Shown: positions 40,068-51,807 of the stretch, piece by piece | Numbering within the stretch: the first letter of the stretch is position 1 | How the letters are laid out: each line of letters opens with the position of its first letter | DNA from: Schmidtea polychroa | Lineage: Eukaryota | Assembly: GCA_044892525.1 (NCBI GenBank) | Contig: CM097885.1 | Coordinates: 15,254,001 to 15,318,000 of the forward strand | Direction: 5' to 3' | Length of the DNA: 64,000 nucleotides | The notes under the pieces: generated by a model | Seen by the model: the letters and a program-made list of their open reading frames with translations, nothing else | The model's database searches: none | What the model was told of the DNA's origin: nothing | Program-made: the position numbers and the translations under genes

Positions 40068-40730
40068 AAAATTTAAATTAGTAAAAAATGATATTTAATC
40101 AGATGTTAATATTTAGATGAATTCATTTAAATAAATTTCTTAAAATTAATGAAAATTAGTAATATATAAATTATTAATTAAAATTAGTACAATGTTCAAA
40201 TTTTAACTGAAATTATTTTTTAGACAATATTAATATAGTTATTGTTAGTTTATTTTAACTATATTACGACTATCAACTTTAATTTTATTATAAAAGTATA
40301 AATAAAACTTCATTTCAAAATCGAATTTTTATTTGCAATATTATTTTTACATTAATCAACTAAGATGAAACTAATTTAAAATTTGATTGCATCACGAAAC
40401 TTCTAGTATTTCATGTAAGTGAAATTAAAAGTATATATGGATTGTTAAATAATTAACATATTAAAATAATATCTTTGTTTAAGAAAATTTAAAGTAGTAA
40501 AAAAAATGATATTTAATCAGATGTTTATTGGTAAATATTTAGATGAATTCATTTAAATAAATTTCTTAAAATTATTGAGAATTAGTAATATATTAAATAA
40601 AATTAGTACAAAGTTCAAATTTTAAATGAAATTTATTAGACAATATTTTATTTTTAACTATATTAAGACGATCAACATGAATTTTATTATAAAAAATGAT
40701 GAAAGTATAATGAAACTTCATTTCAAAAAT
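40068..40730. repeat. Diverged ~250-bp direct repeat pair inside the arm (about 40068-40325 and 40483-40730)
   Basis: Shared blocks AAAAAATGATATTTAATCAGATGTT, GATGAATTCATTTAAATAAATTTCTTAAAATTA and AAACTTCATTTCAAAA. Confidence 0.8.
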
Positions 40731-41229
40731 ATGAATTGTGATAAAAAAAAAATTGAACAATTTTGAAATAACTAAGGGCATTCAATAATATTGTAACTCA
40801 TTAAATAAAGTTTACATAGTAAGCTAAATGCTACCCTTGTCCATTTTTATGGTGTATATGGTGAAAAATAAATTTAGATGCACAATGAAATTTAAAAGTG
40901 TAAATCTATAAAATTTAAAATTTATAAAAAAAAAATTGAAAATTCGAAAAAATTAAAAATTGATGCATGTATGTATGTATGGCAAATAAAAAGACTAACA
41001 CAAATACAATAAAATCAAATCATCGAGGACATCCACTTAATGATTTATTTTATGAATGATTATAATTGATTTTATCTTATTTTGAATTTGAATAAATAAT
41101 TGAATATATCGGGGACAAATTAACTTAATTATAAATTTTAATATATTAATAATTTTGGAATAATAATAATTAAGATAAATGATAATCAATAGAGATAAAT
41201 GAATTACTGATAATATAAATGATAATATA

Positions 41230-42171
41230 AAATTTCAAAATAACTAAGATTTCCGAAATATCCAGATTATCCGGAAGAAATTATATTTCAACTCCGAAAG
41301 CCTTAATAAATAAAAATGCATTAATAAATGTGATCAATGGAGATGATATGTGTTTCATATACAGTGTGCTAGCCAATTTGAAAAAAGATATCATTATGGC
41401 TGATAATACAAATGTTGAAAATTATACACAGTTCTTGTCCGAATTGGTATATAATGAATTAGATATGCCAATGAAATTGAAGGACATTTCAAAATTCGAA
41501 AAGCATAACGAAGGAATTGCTATCAATGTCCTCAGTTACAATCCTAAAAATATGATTGATATCGATAATGTGGATATTATAATGAAACATCCACATATTG
41601 ATATAATACATCGGACTAAAGTAACTGGGGTTACACCGATGTATTTACTATTGTTAGAATCGAATGGCCAATACCACTATACTGCAGTTCCAGATTTACA
41701 GCGATTAATGAATTGTAGAAAAACTCATAGTTACCCAGTCCGTATTCAATGCAGATGGTGCGAGACATGTTTAAATGGTTTTAGAAGAGAAGATGCTTTT
41801 GACAGGCATGTAGCTTTATGCAAGAAAAACCAATTGGGCACAACATTATACACATTGCCAGAAATCTCAGATTTAAAATTTAATGACTGGTCAAAAATGG
41901 TAACTCCGCCTTTTGTTATATATGCTGACTTCGAAGCTGTTTTACCACTTGATGAAAGACAACACCAAAAACATTTACCTATAGCAGCGGGGCTGTTACT
42001 GGTAAATAATGTTACTGGGTCAACGAAATATAGTCATTTTATTGGACCAGATTGTGTATACAGATTTCTGATGGATGTAGAAAATATTGTCAACAATATA
42101 GTGAAGGTTTATTATAAGACAAGAGGGCATTGTCAAATGAAATTTTTGACAAATCAGGAAAAGCTGCAATT
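41230..42171 (+). pseudogene. Inverted internal duplicate of pPolB (copy of 46970-47911)
   Basis: Reverse complement of the PolB segment with at least 6 substitutions; no native start and no polymerase motifs. Confidence 0.95.
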
Positions 42172-42332
42172 ATATAAATATAAATATCGATAATCCCATG
42201 TATTTACCAATTGCAAGCTCATGTATAAACAATATAGAAATAAATATTCGTGATGATAGTGGAAACCTTATAAACTTTCCAAAAGATTCGAAAACTCATT
42301 TGACATTACATTTTCGTAAAGTAGATGGCTAA
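42171..42332 (+). pseudogene. C-terminal remnant of the minor capsid protein (penton, PX)
   Basis: INIDNPMYLPIASSCINNIEINIRDDSGNLINFPKDSKTHLTLHFRKVDG* matches the Polinton penton C-terminal pattern (P.Y.P...IEI.IRDD.G..I.F....TLHFR). It begins right at the PolB-copy junction. Confidence 0.8.
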
Positions 42333-42687
42333 TTCTGATATTATTAGTATGTATAGTGATAGCCAATCTGGCGGTGAATTACCATACTTCGTTGGTAAAC
42401 AGTACGGATCAGGATGGCTAAAAACAATTGGGAGATTTGCACTTCCTATTCTTAAACGTATTGGTAGTTTTGGTATGAAAACTGCAAAAGATGTGATTAT
42501 GAATGAACAGAAAATATTACCATCCCTAAAATCAAATGCTTTATCTGAATTAGGGAAGGTTCTACCAAGTGTTGCTGGTATGTTTCAAAAAGAGCCAGCC
42601 CCAGATTATGTTCCAAAACGTAAAAGACATGGAATATCGCGTATAAACAAACGAATGAAAGTACATGGAACTATATTTGCAAAATGA
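42325..42687 (+). CDS. Small basic virion core/membrane-active protein candidate (120 aa)
   Basis: QSGGELPYFVGKQYGSGWLKTIGRFALPILKRIG amphipathic segment and a basic tail. It overlaps the penton stop and the MCP start (ATGA). Confidence 0.75.
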   Translation: MANSDIISMYSDSQSGGELPYFVGKQYGSGWLKTIGRFALPILKRIGSFGMKTAKDVIMNEQKILPSLKSNALSELGKVLPSVAGMFQKEPAPDYVPKRKRHGISRINKRMKVHGTIFAK

Positions 42688-43904
42688 TTTGTGGTAAATC
42701 CGAATTATGTATATTTGATAGACCATCGCCTCAAGCGGTAATAGAATTTGGGGCTTTTGAGGAAGTTTTTCCTATGAATTCAATTACCGATAGTAGAAAT
42801 GATATCGAGTTTTATATTAATGGTTCGCAAACTGAATATTTAGATTTGAACGATACATTATTGACTGTTCAGATCAAGGTTGTAGATAAAGATAGAAAGG
42901 TTTTGGATGCCAATGCAGATGTAATACCGAACAATTTCATGTTTCATACTCTTTTTAAAGATGCAGTGTTGGGATTTAATAATATCAAGATTGAGGGTGG
43001 AAATAATACATTCATTCACAAGGCCTTGATAGAAACTATTTTAAATTACAATTCCGATACTAAAAACACCTGTCTTACTCCTATGGGTTATGCAGCATCA
43101 GATGTTGAAAGAAAAAAGTGGGTTAAAGGCTCAAAAATATTCACCATGTGCTCATCATTACAACTCGACTTTATGGATCAGCCGAAATATTTACTTCCTG
43201 GAGTTAATGTACATATTAGACTGAAAAGATCAGATTCTGCATTATCTCTTACTAGTGCAGGTGCACCAATATGTCAATTAGTTGATGCAAAATTATTGGT
43301 GAGAAGAGTTCGAGTGGACCCGTCAGTATTAGTTGGTCATCAATTGGGTCTTAATTCAAAACATGCAATTTATCCATTAAAGACAAAGGAAATTGTACAA
43401 TTCGCTATTGCTAAAGGTGCTTCATCATTCTATAAAGAACAAATATTTGGTGACAGAAGAATGCCTAATTTTATCCTGATAACATTTCAAAGTGAAACTC
43501 AATATAACGGATCATATACTACATCCAGCTCAATTTTCAAAAACTTTGGTGTTACATCACTGACTTTGTCTAAAAATACTGATTATAGAGAAACATATAC
43601 TCAAGATTTTGAAAGTGATAATTACTGTGCTACATATATGCAGAGTATTGTTAGAAATTTGGGTTATTTAGATAAAAACTTAAATTGTGGAATAACTCTT
43701 GAAGAATTTAAAACCAAATACCCATTTTTTACATTTGTTTTAGCCCCCGATTTTGATTTAAATCAGAGTCAATTACCACAAAACGGGAATTTACGACTGG
43801 ATATAAAGTTTGCAAGAGCCATTACTGAACCGGTACATGTCATTATATATGGAGTATTTGAAAATGAAGTTCAAATTACTGAAAATAGAACTGTGCTGGT
43901 ATAA
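42684..43904 (+). CDS. Major capsid protein (double jelly-roll, PY/hexon-like), 406 aa, intact
   Basis: CGKSELCIF..PSPQ, IEFYING..EYLDLNDT, PNNFMFHTLF, DQPKYLLPGV.V.IRL, GNLRLDIKFA; typical Polinton MCP. Confidence 0.92.
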   Translation: MICGKSELCIFDRPSPQAVIEFGAFEEVFPMNSITDSRNDIEFYINGSQTEYLDLNDTLLTVQIKVVDKDRKVLDANADVIPNNFMFHTLFKDAVLGFNNIKIEGGNNTFIHKALIETILNYNSDTKNTCLTPMGYAASDVERKKWVKGSKIFTMCSSLQLDFMDQPKYLLPGVNVHIRLKRSDSALSLTSAGAPICQLVDAKLLVRRVRVDPSVLVGHQLGLNSKHAIYPLKTKEIVQFAIAKGASSFYKEQIFGDRRMPNFILITFQSETQYNGSYTTSSSIFKNFGVTSLTLSKNTDYRETYTQDFESDNYCATYMQSIVRNLGYLDKNLNCGITLEEFKTKYPFFTFVLAPDFDLNQSQLPQNGNLRLDIKFARAITEPVHVIIYGVFENEVQITENRTVLV

Positions 43905-43968
43905 ATGTGTGAATAAATCTAGAAACATTTATCATGGAGTAAGTTTTCTTTAAACTAATAAAATTATT

Positions 43969-44312
43969 ATGTTAGTTCTATTCAGATAAATCGAATTGGT
44001 ACTCAAATATTAGGTAAAGAGTTTGTTGGAGTGTACCCACTAGACAAAATCCCCTATTTAGATGTGAATCAAGCCATAATTGTCAACACATATTCGTCTA
44101 CTCTGGGAGGAGAACATTGGATTGCAGTCTACGTGAAGCCGAATAAAATATATGTTTTCGATCCAATGGGATTTTACTATCCAGCCCTATTGATCAAAAA
44201 GCTATCAATTATTGGTCAAGTTGATTACAATAAAACTCGGTTTCAACATCCATTAACAAATACTTGTGGACAACATTGTCTAGCTTGGCTAATGTATAAA
44301 CATCTTTGTTAA
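43969..44312 (+). CDS. Adenain-like cysteine maturation protease; likely 1-nt frameshift just after the ATG
   Basis: FVGVYPLD, IVNT, GEHW, FDPMG, FQ....TCGQHC (H/D/Q/C). The frame is open from 43962, and the ATG at 43969 is out of frame by one. Confidence 0.85.
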
Positions 44313-44388
44313 ATAAATGTATTGTAAAAAAAAATGTTGTGTTACTTTATTTAAACAAAGTCGTTACTGAATTATGTATAATAAATGT

Positions 44389-44389
<1 letters not shown>

Positions 44390-44423
<34 letters not shown>

Positions 44424-44531
44424 AGCCATGAATTTATTAATAATATTAATAATAAAAATAATAATAATAATAAAAATAATAATAATAATAAAAATAATAA
44501 TAATAACAATAATAATAATAATAATAATAAT
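44390..44531. repeat. (AT)n and (AAT)n tracts between the converging protease and PolB genes
   Basis: Directly visible. Confidence 0.9.
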
Positions 44532-44862
44532 CGTTTCTCAACAATAAATGCAATCAATATTTGCAATCCTAAAGAGGACGTATACACATTCACAATAAAA
44601 TATTTAGGACTCAAAAGAGAAACAACGCAATAAAAATAAACATAATTATGAGAACCAATATGCATTAAAAGGACAATTATATTGGTTACAACAAGTACCA
44701 TTACAAAAGTTACAAATGAATCATTATATTGGTGGTTCGATCTCATCTCTTTTCAAAACTGTTCAGAAACTGTGTCAAAACTGGAGAAACTGTGCAGAAA
44801 CTAAAATAAAAATAAAAATATTTTTAAAAATAAAACGGATAAATCATTACCATTAATCATTA

Positions 44863-47800
44863 TCATTCGTCTGCAGATGATTCATCAAGAGGCAAAATAT
44901 TATTTAATTCATTATCTAAAATATTATAATGCACATATGCGAAGCTCTTGTTCTCTTCAACCCAAACCCTTTTATCATCGTTATTTGTAAGGGCTACCTT
45001 CTTAGTTCTAAATGTAAATAATTGATGGTTTCGTGTACCAAACCGGGATTGATTCACCTTCGGTATACACATTCCAAGATAACAATCCACATACGATTGA
45101 TGTGTGATTTCTGTTCCCTTTAATGATACACCTTTGGCTTTATTTATAGTATCATTATCACAAGTTGGCAAACTATAGCATTTGGGTCTGAGGAATACCC
45201 ATTCTTGATATGATTTGCCTTTGTTTTCGTCCTTGAATTTCCCAATTACAGAATCCAAATTTCGTGAATATAATGGATCTGTAGGATCGTAGTTGCTGGT
45301 GTCTAACAATCCGTCAGCAATCATTGCAGGAAGTAATTGTGATCGCAATTTGACATATTTACATTCGAGGAAGAATGAGTCTGTATCCCCGGCTATGATA
45401 TTTATTTGGCAATTGAACTGTGCTCGATATTTTGACAGTTCAATATACTGTAGTTCATACATTCTAAGTTTAGATAAGTCTAGCACTGTTTGACCAATGT
45501 AGCTAGGCCTATCTAAACAAACTACATCTTTATTCAGCAAAAGGGCAATTAAATCATTAGCAATTTTAATTGAACGTCTAAATGTTGGCTTTGAAGTGTA
45601 TTTAACCAATTTTTCGGCATTGTTGCACAATCTCAGATTTATTCTTTACTTCAGATTCTCCACTGTCTTGCCGTAAACACTATTATTTAAAAGTTTATAA
45701 AAATCTCTATCTAAACTATTTTGTGATTCAGCTCGAAGTTGGGTATTTGTGTTGATATAATCCTTCAATATCGGCTTTTGTGTAAATTTTATTGCACGAT
45801 GTATATTGGTGACTTCCACTCCGAGGCCCATATATAATTTCAAAAGTCTCCAATGAATAACATAATTAGTTTTCGCATAATGGGTTAATAATAATTTTGG
45901 TACAGTGGAATCTGGTGGACACATTTTCTCTGCTGCGACTGGAAAATCGTCTAATAGATCGTGGATATTAGACGGGATGACTAAATCAACTTCCAATGTG
46001 TATCCATAAGTTAAATTTTCTAGTTTGGAACTAATACAGTCAACTAAAATGGATAATAATTCCACTTCATTATATATCCACTCAAAATCGCTACATGGCA
46101 AGTATTGGCTTAACGCCCACCCGTACAGGTTGTTTATATCGATATAAAGCAACTCTGTTTCATCATCTGTTACAGCGAAGTGTTTATTTACAAATGTGAG
46201 ACCACCACGGATCCCACCCTCGAAGAAATTATACATCTCCATGTCCATCAGTAATTCCACTGGTTCTTCTAAGGTCATGAGCGCAGATGCCCAAGACATT
46301 CCAGGGATTCCAAAAAAATTGAGTGGCTCGAGTCCATTATGTGCTTTTGATCTTGCTCGAAATTGTTGGAAGAAATCGGCAAGTAAAAACACATCAAGTT
46401 TTAAATAAATTTGTAAATAATCCATTAGAGTTTCGCAACTTGTTTCTTGCCATATTTGTTGCGCTATTATATATTCTTCATTTGTACCGCCTTCCCAAAT
46501 AGCGGGCAATTCATATGTTGTTTCTAATATTTCCTCACTTGTGGCAAAATCAAAAGGAAAAATTCCTTTGTTGTTTATGATGGTTGCAGTATTGAATACT
46601 GAACGGGTCAAAGGCAAGTCGTTCAATGTTTTTACTGCATTATGTAATGAAGTATTGACAAACTGATATGAGTCAATAATTCTTATTGTAAATTTACCCA
46701 GCCATGCTATCAATGTTAAAAATTTCTCAGTGCTTGTTGGTATGCAGCTGAGACTCCAATGAAGAAATTGATTGAGCCCATATTTCAAAATGTGATGTAG
46801 ATTATACCCTTTCAGATTATGAAATACGATGGGTAATGTTTCTCTGATTTTCCTTTGTTGATTGCATACATTGCATGAGGCTCCGAGATATTTGCCAGTG
46901 AAATGATCATGGTCTTTCACTTTCTCTGGCATTGGCTTTTTGCACAAGTAACAATTGACTGCTGTGTGGAATTGCAGCTTTTCCTGATTTGTCAAAAATT
47001 TCATTTGACAATGCCCTCTTGTCTTATAATAAACCTTCACTATATTGTTGACAATATTTTCTACATCCATCAGAAATCTGTATACACAATCTGGTCCAAT
47101 AAAATGACTATATTTCGTTGACCCAGTAAAATTATTTACCAGTAACAGCCCCGCTGCTATAGGTAAATGTTTTTGGTGTTGTCTTTCATCAAGTGGTAAA
47201 ACAGCTTCGAAGTCAGCATATATAACAAAAGGCGGAGTTACCATTTTTGACCAGTCATTAAATTTTAAATCTGAGATTTCTGGCAACGTGTATAATGTTG
47301 TGCCCAATTGGTTTTTCTTGCATAAAGCTACATGCCTGTCAAAAGCATCTTCTCTTCTAAAACCATTTAAACATGTCTCGCACCATCTGCATTGAATACG
47401 GACTGGGCAACTATGAGTTTTTCTACAATTCATTAATCGCTGTAAATCTGGAACTGCAGTATAGTGGTATTGGCCATTCGATTCTAACAATAGTAAATAC
47501 ATCGGTGTAACCCCAGTTACTTTAGTCCGATGTATTATATCAATATGTGGATGTTTCATTATAATATCCACATTATCGATATCAATCATATTTTTAGTAT
47601 TGTAACTGAGGACATTGATAGCAATTCCTTCGTTATGCTTTTCGAATTTTGAAATGTCCTTCAATTTCATTGGCATATCTAATTCATTATATACCAATTC
47701 GGACAAGAACTGTGTATAATTTTCAACATTTGTATTATCAGCCATAATGATATCTTTTTTCAAATTGGCTAGCACACTGTATATGAAACACATATCATCT

Positions 47801-48819
47801 CCATTGATCACATTTTTTAATGCATTTTTATTTATTAAGGCTTTCGGAGTTGGAATATAATTTCTTCCGGATAATCTGGATATTTCGGAAATCTTAGTTA
47901 TTTTGAAATTTATTTCAATTATTCTTATCAGACGCCATCCGCTTCCAAGTTCCGATCTGATATGAATTTTCTCGTGCAACTTTTCAATACCATCTGCAAT
48001 AAACTTTTCAAAATTGTTCTCAGTTACCATCACCGCTTTGTTAGAAAATCTTGATGATTGGAATTCTCCATCTTTTTCGAAATCACATTCTATCCCGAAT
48101 TGAACTTTCACAGTTTTCATCTCCTTGATTGTAGATAATAGTTTCTCAGAGAAAGTTTCGGGTAGATTTATCTCATTCATGTTTTTGAACGACATTTTAA
48201 TTGTTTTATGACAATTTTTCAAGTCAGATTCAATCTCGACTTCTTCAGTAGGTTCCCATTCATTAACAATCTGGAAATCATCCCATATATTGTCCTCTTC
48301 TACTATTTGTTCCGTTTCCACTGGTTCTTCCACCGGTTCTTCCACTGGTTCTTCCACTGGTTCTTCCACTGGTTCTTCCACTGGTTCTTCCACCGGTTCT
48401 TCCACTGGTTCTTCCACTGGTTCTTCCACTGGTTCTTCCACTGGTTCTTCCACTGGTTCTTCCACTGGTTCTTCCACTGGTTCTTCCACTGATTCTTCAA
48501 TATCTTCTATCATATTAGTTGATCCACAACCAATTTGATAATTTAAAAAATTCCCTGATTCACCTATAACGATAACATCATCATCAGATTCATCTATAAT
48601 GATGATGTTATCATTAAGTTTTTGTTTTTTAGTAGGTACGTCTATTATACCGTTATTAAATAATTTTTTAAAAAATTCTTTTTTATCCGATTTAAAATAT
48701 GTAAGATGATCTTTGTGATCATTATAAAATATTTCATAGGGCTTAGTGAAAAGAGCTTCGCAAAATGGGCATAAATAATATTTTTTATTATAATAATTTC
48801 TTAAATAGTATTTTTCCAT
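44863..48819 (-). pseudogene. Protein-primed family B DNA polymerase (1318 codons) with one in-frame TAA at 45646-45648
   Basis: YADFE (Exo I), DHDHFTG...CNVCN, FHNLKGY (Exo II), YLKLDV (Exo III), IRGG, YIDINNLYG (A), KLLNNSVYGK (B), GDTDS (C), GKFKDE, RPKCY, KAKGV, DDKR. The two ORFs are in frame: ENLK*RINLRLC. Confidence 0.95.
48318..48490 (-). repeat. Coding 12-bp minisatellite giving (EEPV)x14 in the PolB N-terminus
   Basis: CCACTGGTTCTT units every 12 bp from 48318 to 48474. Confidence 0.97.
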
Positions 48820-49125
48820 TGCATCATGGCATTGTTTCCCATCATGTTCTTTTGCGGTGCAACATTGTTTGTATAAATTGCCTTAAATAATTACAATTGC
48901 TTTATTATGTTTCTTTTTAAACAAATTTAACAATAAACATCTCTCAAAAGTTTATATTTTTTATGGGCGGAAAGGTTGATTTTGATCTTGGTTTATATAG
49001 CGAAATGCAATATAAAAAAGAATTATTTAATTTTATAATATATTTATTTTATTATTTTATGTTTTATTTATTTATTTTTAAACATTAAATGGTTTAATTA
49101 TATGGTTTATTTATAATATTGAATT

Positions 49126-51024
49126 TCATTTATATTATCGGTAATTCATTTATCTCTATTGATTATCATTTATCTTAATTATTATTATTCCAAAATTATT
49201 AATATATTAAAATTTATAATTAAGTTAATTTGTCCCCGATATATTCAATTATTTATTCAAATTCAAAATAAGATAAAATCAATTATAATCATTCATAAAA
49301 TAAATCATTAAGTGGATGTCCTCGATGATTTGATTTTATTGTATTTGTGTTAGTCTTTTTATTTGCCATACGTACATACATGCATCAATTTTTAATTTTT
49401 TCGAATTTTCAATTTTTTTTTTATAAATTTTAAATTTTATAGATTTACACTTTTAAATTTCATTGTGCATCTAAATTTATTTTTCACCTCTATACACCAT
49501 AAAAATGGACAAGGGTAGCATTTAGCTTACTATGTAAACTTTATTTAATGAGTTACAATATTATTGAATGCCCTTAGTTATTTCAAAATTGTTCAATTTT
49601 TTTTTTATCACAATTCATATTTTTGAAATGAAGTTTCATTATACTTTCATCATTTTTTATAATAAAATTCATGTTGATCGTCTTAATATAGTTAAAAATA
49701 AAATATTGTCTAATAAATTTCATTTAAAATTTGAACTTTGTACTAATTTTATTTAATATATTACTAATTCTCAATAATTTTAAGAAATTTATTTAAATGA
49801 ATTCATCTAAATATTTACCAATAAACATCTGATTAAATATCATTTTTTTTACTACTTTAAATTTTCTTAAACAAAGATATTATTTTAATATGTTAATTAT
49901 TTAACAATCCATATATACTTTTAATTTCACTTACATGAAATACTAGAAGTTTCGTGATGCAATCAAATTTTAAATTAGTTTCATCTTAGTTGATTAATGT
50001 AAAAATAATATTGCAAATAAAAATTCGATTTTGAAATGAAGTTTTATTTATACTTTTATAATAAAATTAAAGTTGATAGTCGTAATATAGTTAAAATAAA
50101 CTAACAATAACTATATTAATATTGTCTAAAAAATAATTTCAGTTAAAATTTGAACATTGTACTAATTTTAATTAATAATTTATATATTACTAATTTTCAT
50201 TAATTTTAAGAAATTTATTTAAATGAATTCATCTAAATATTAACATCTGATTAAATATCATTTTTTACTAATTTAAATTTTCATAAACAAAAAACTATAG
50301 AACTAGAAATCTAAGTTAAATTTTGTAATTTACTTACATTTTATCTTCTTTGCGAAATATTCAATAGTTCCAGCAGCATAAGCAACAGAATCAGCAACTG
50401 AATCCTCATTAAAATTTCCTGGAAAAGACAATTAAGAATAAACAATGAATTATTATTATTTAACTTTTTCGTCCATATTCTTTTGCAGGTATCGAAGTAA
50501 CAAAATGTTCTTCAATTATGACACAAGCGCTATCTAGAAAATATATATATATATATATATATATTAAAATGAATTAAAAAATAATGAAAATACCATTTTC
50601 GTAATCGATGTCTGTGATCATTATCTGTAAAGTTATTTCGTAATAATGAAAATGTTTATAATGAAAAGCATACTTTATTCTCCAGCCAATTAAAATTAAG
50701 ATAGAAAATATATTACGTTGTGGTATTTTAAAATTATTTTGTGAAAAGTGAAATAAATATGTGCTTAAATTAACTATGATCATAATTACATATTTTTATT
50801 TAAAATAAATAAATAAAATATATTTTTTTAAATGTCTGATAATGACCATTTTATTTTACCATTTTTGATTTTGCCCTTATTTTGATTCGATTCAATTATG
50901 TAATATATATAGTAGACTTTCGAATGATATAAAACTTGTGTGTGTGAGTAAAACCGTCCCTTATTTATTGCTCCTTATCAATGTTTTCATATACAGACAC
51001 ACATAGATTATCTGCCTAAAATAA

Positions 51025-51083
<59 letters not shown>

Positions 51084-51807
51084 TTCATAAATTTTAATCA
51101 AATTACATGTATTTTCTTAAAAAATTTTGATTTTACCCTTATTTATTGCCCATTACACACATTCACTTTAGATCTCGCTTAGAAATATTTTTCTATCCTT
51201 AAGGTGTGTAATACAAAGACATATGCAATACAAATGCATGAGTAACAAAGACATTTGCAATGCAAATGCATGAGTAACAAAGACATTTGCAAACGTAGTA
51301 TTAAAACGTGTTTTGACTTTGAAAATTTTCTATAAAGTAATTCGTTAAATGGACTTAGAAAATTTTTAATTTTTGACCTCAATTTGACCTTAAAATTAGG
51401 GGTAGGGGGGTAGGGGAGGTTGACCTTAAAATTTTCTATGACCTTAAAATTAGGGGTAGGGGTAGGGGGTTGACCTTAAAATTTCCTATGACCTTAAAAT
51501 TTTCTATGACCTTCAAATTAGGGGTAGGGGGTTGACCTTAAAATTTTCTATGACCTTAAAATTTCCTATGACCTTAAAATTTGACCTTAAATTTGGAAAA
51601 ATTAGACTTTGGCCTCAAACGTTGACCTTAAAATAGCCTAAAATCGACTTTGACCTCAGAATTTGACCTTAAAATGGCTTAAATTGACCTTAAATTGTCC
51701 TGAAAATGACATTGACCTTAAAATTTGACCTTAAGTTGACCTCAAAATTTTCTATTGCCTTAAGTTGACCTCAACGATGAGTCATCGTGGGCTCACTTCT
51801 ACCTACT
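49126..51807 (-). repeat. Right inverted arm (long TIR) of the Polinton, about 2.7 kb
   Basis: Reverse complement of the left arm, with one ~490-bp unit and an extra TGACCT-rich block at about 51590-51720. Confidence 0.95.
50330..50621 (-). CDS. Mirror copy of the candidate spliced mini-gene in the right arm
   Basis: Same splice sites and frame; reads DSAC instead of DSYC. Confidence 0.45.

Larger units (their letters stand above)
37637..41222 (+). repeat. Left inverted arm (long TIR) of the Polinton, about 3.6 kb
   Basis: Reverse complement of 49126-51807, apart from repeat-copy differences and a few substitutions. Confidence 0.95.
37637..51807. mobile_element. Integrated Polinton/Maverick (adintovirus-like) element, 14,171 bp, rearranged and non-autonomous
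   Basis: Ends AGTAGGTAGAAGTGAGCCC...GGGCTCACTTCTACCTACT; 6-bp TSD AATTTA (37631-37636 and 51808-51813); pPolB, MCP, protease and a penton fragment inside. Confidence 0.97.

Noticed and set aside
41330..42193. 287-aa ORF as an independent gene or PolB-penton fusion
   Set aside because: It is an internal PolB copy with a GTG start, terminates at 42193, and is out of frame with the penton tail.
44372..44746. Poly-Asn and poly-Leu ORFs between the protease and PolB
   Set aside because: Driven by an AAT repeat; no recognisable motif.
48208..48538. FFHW, SSTG and KNQW repeat ORFs
   Set aside because: Alternative frames of the 12-bp EEPV repeat inside PolB.
51395..51530. Telomeric repeat
   Set aside because: TAGGGG runs are interspersed with TGACCTT units rather than forming a (TTAGGG)n tract; they belong to the Polinton arm.
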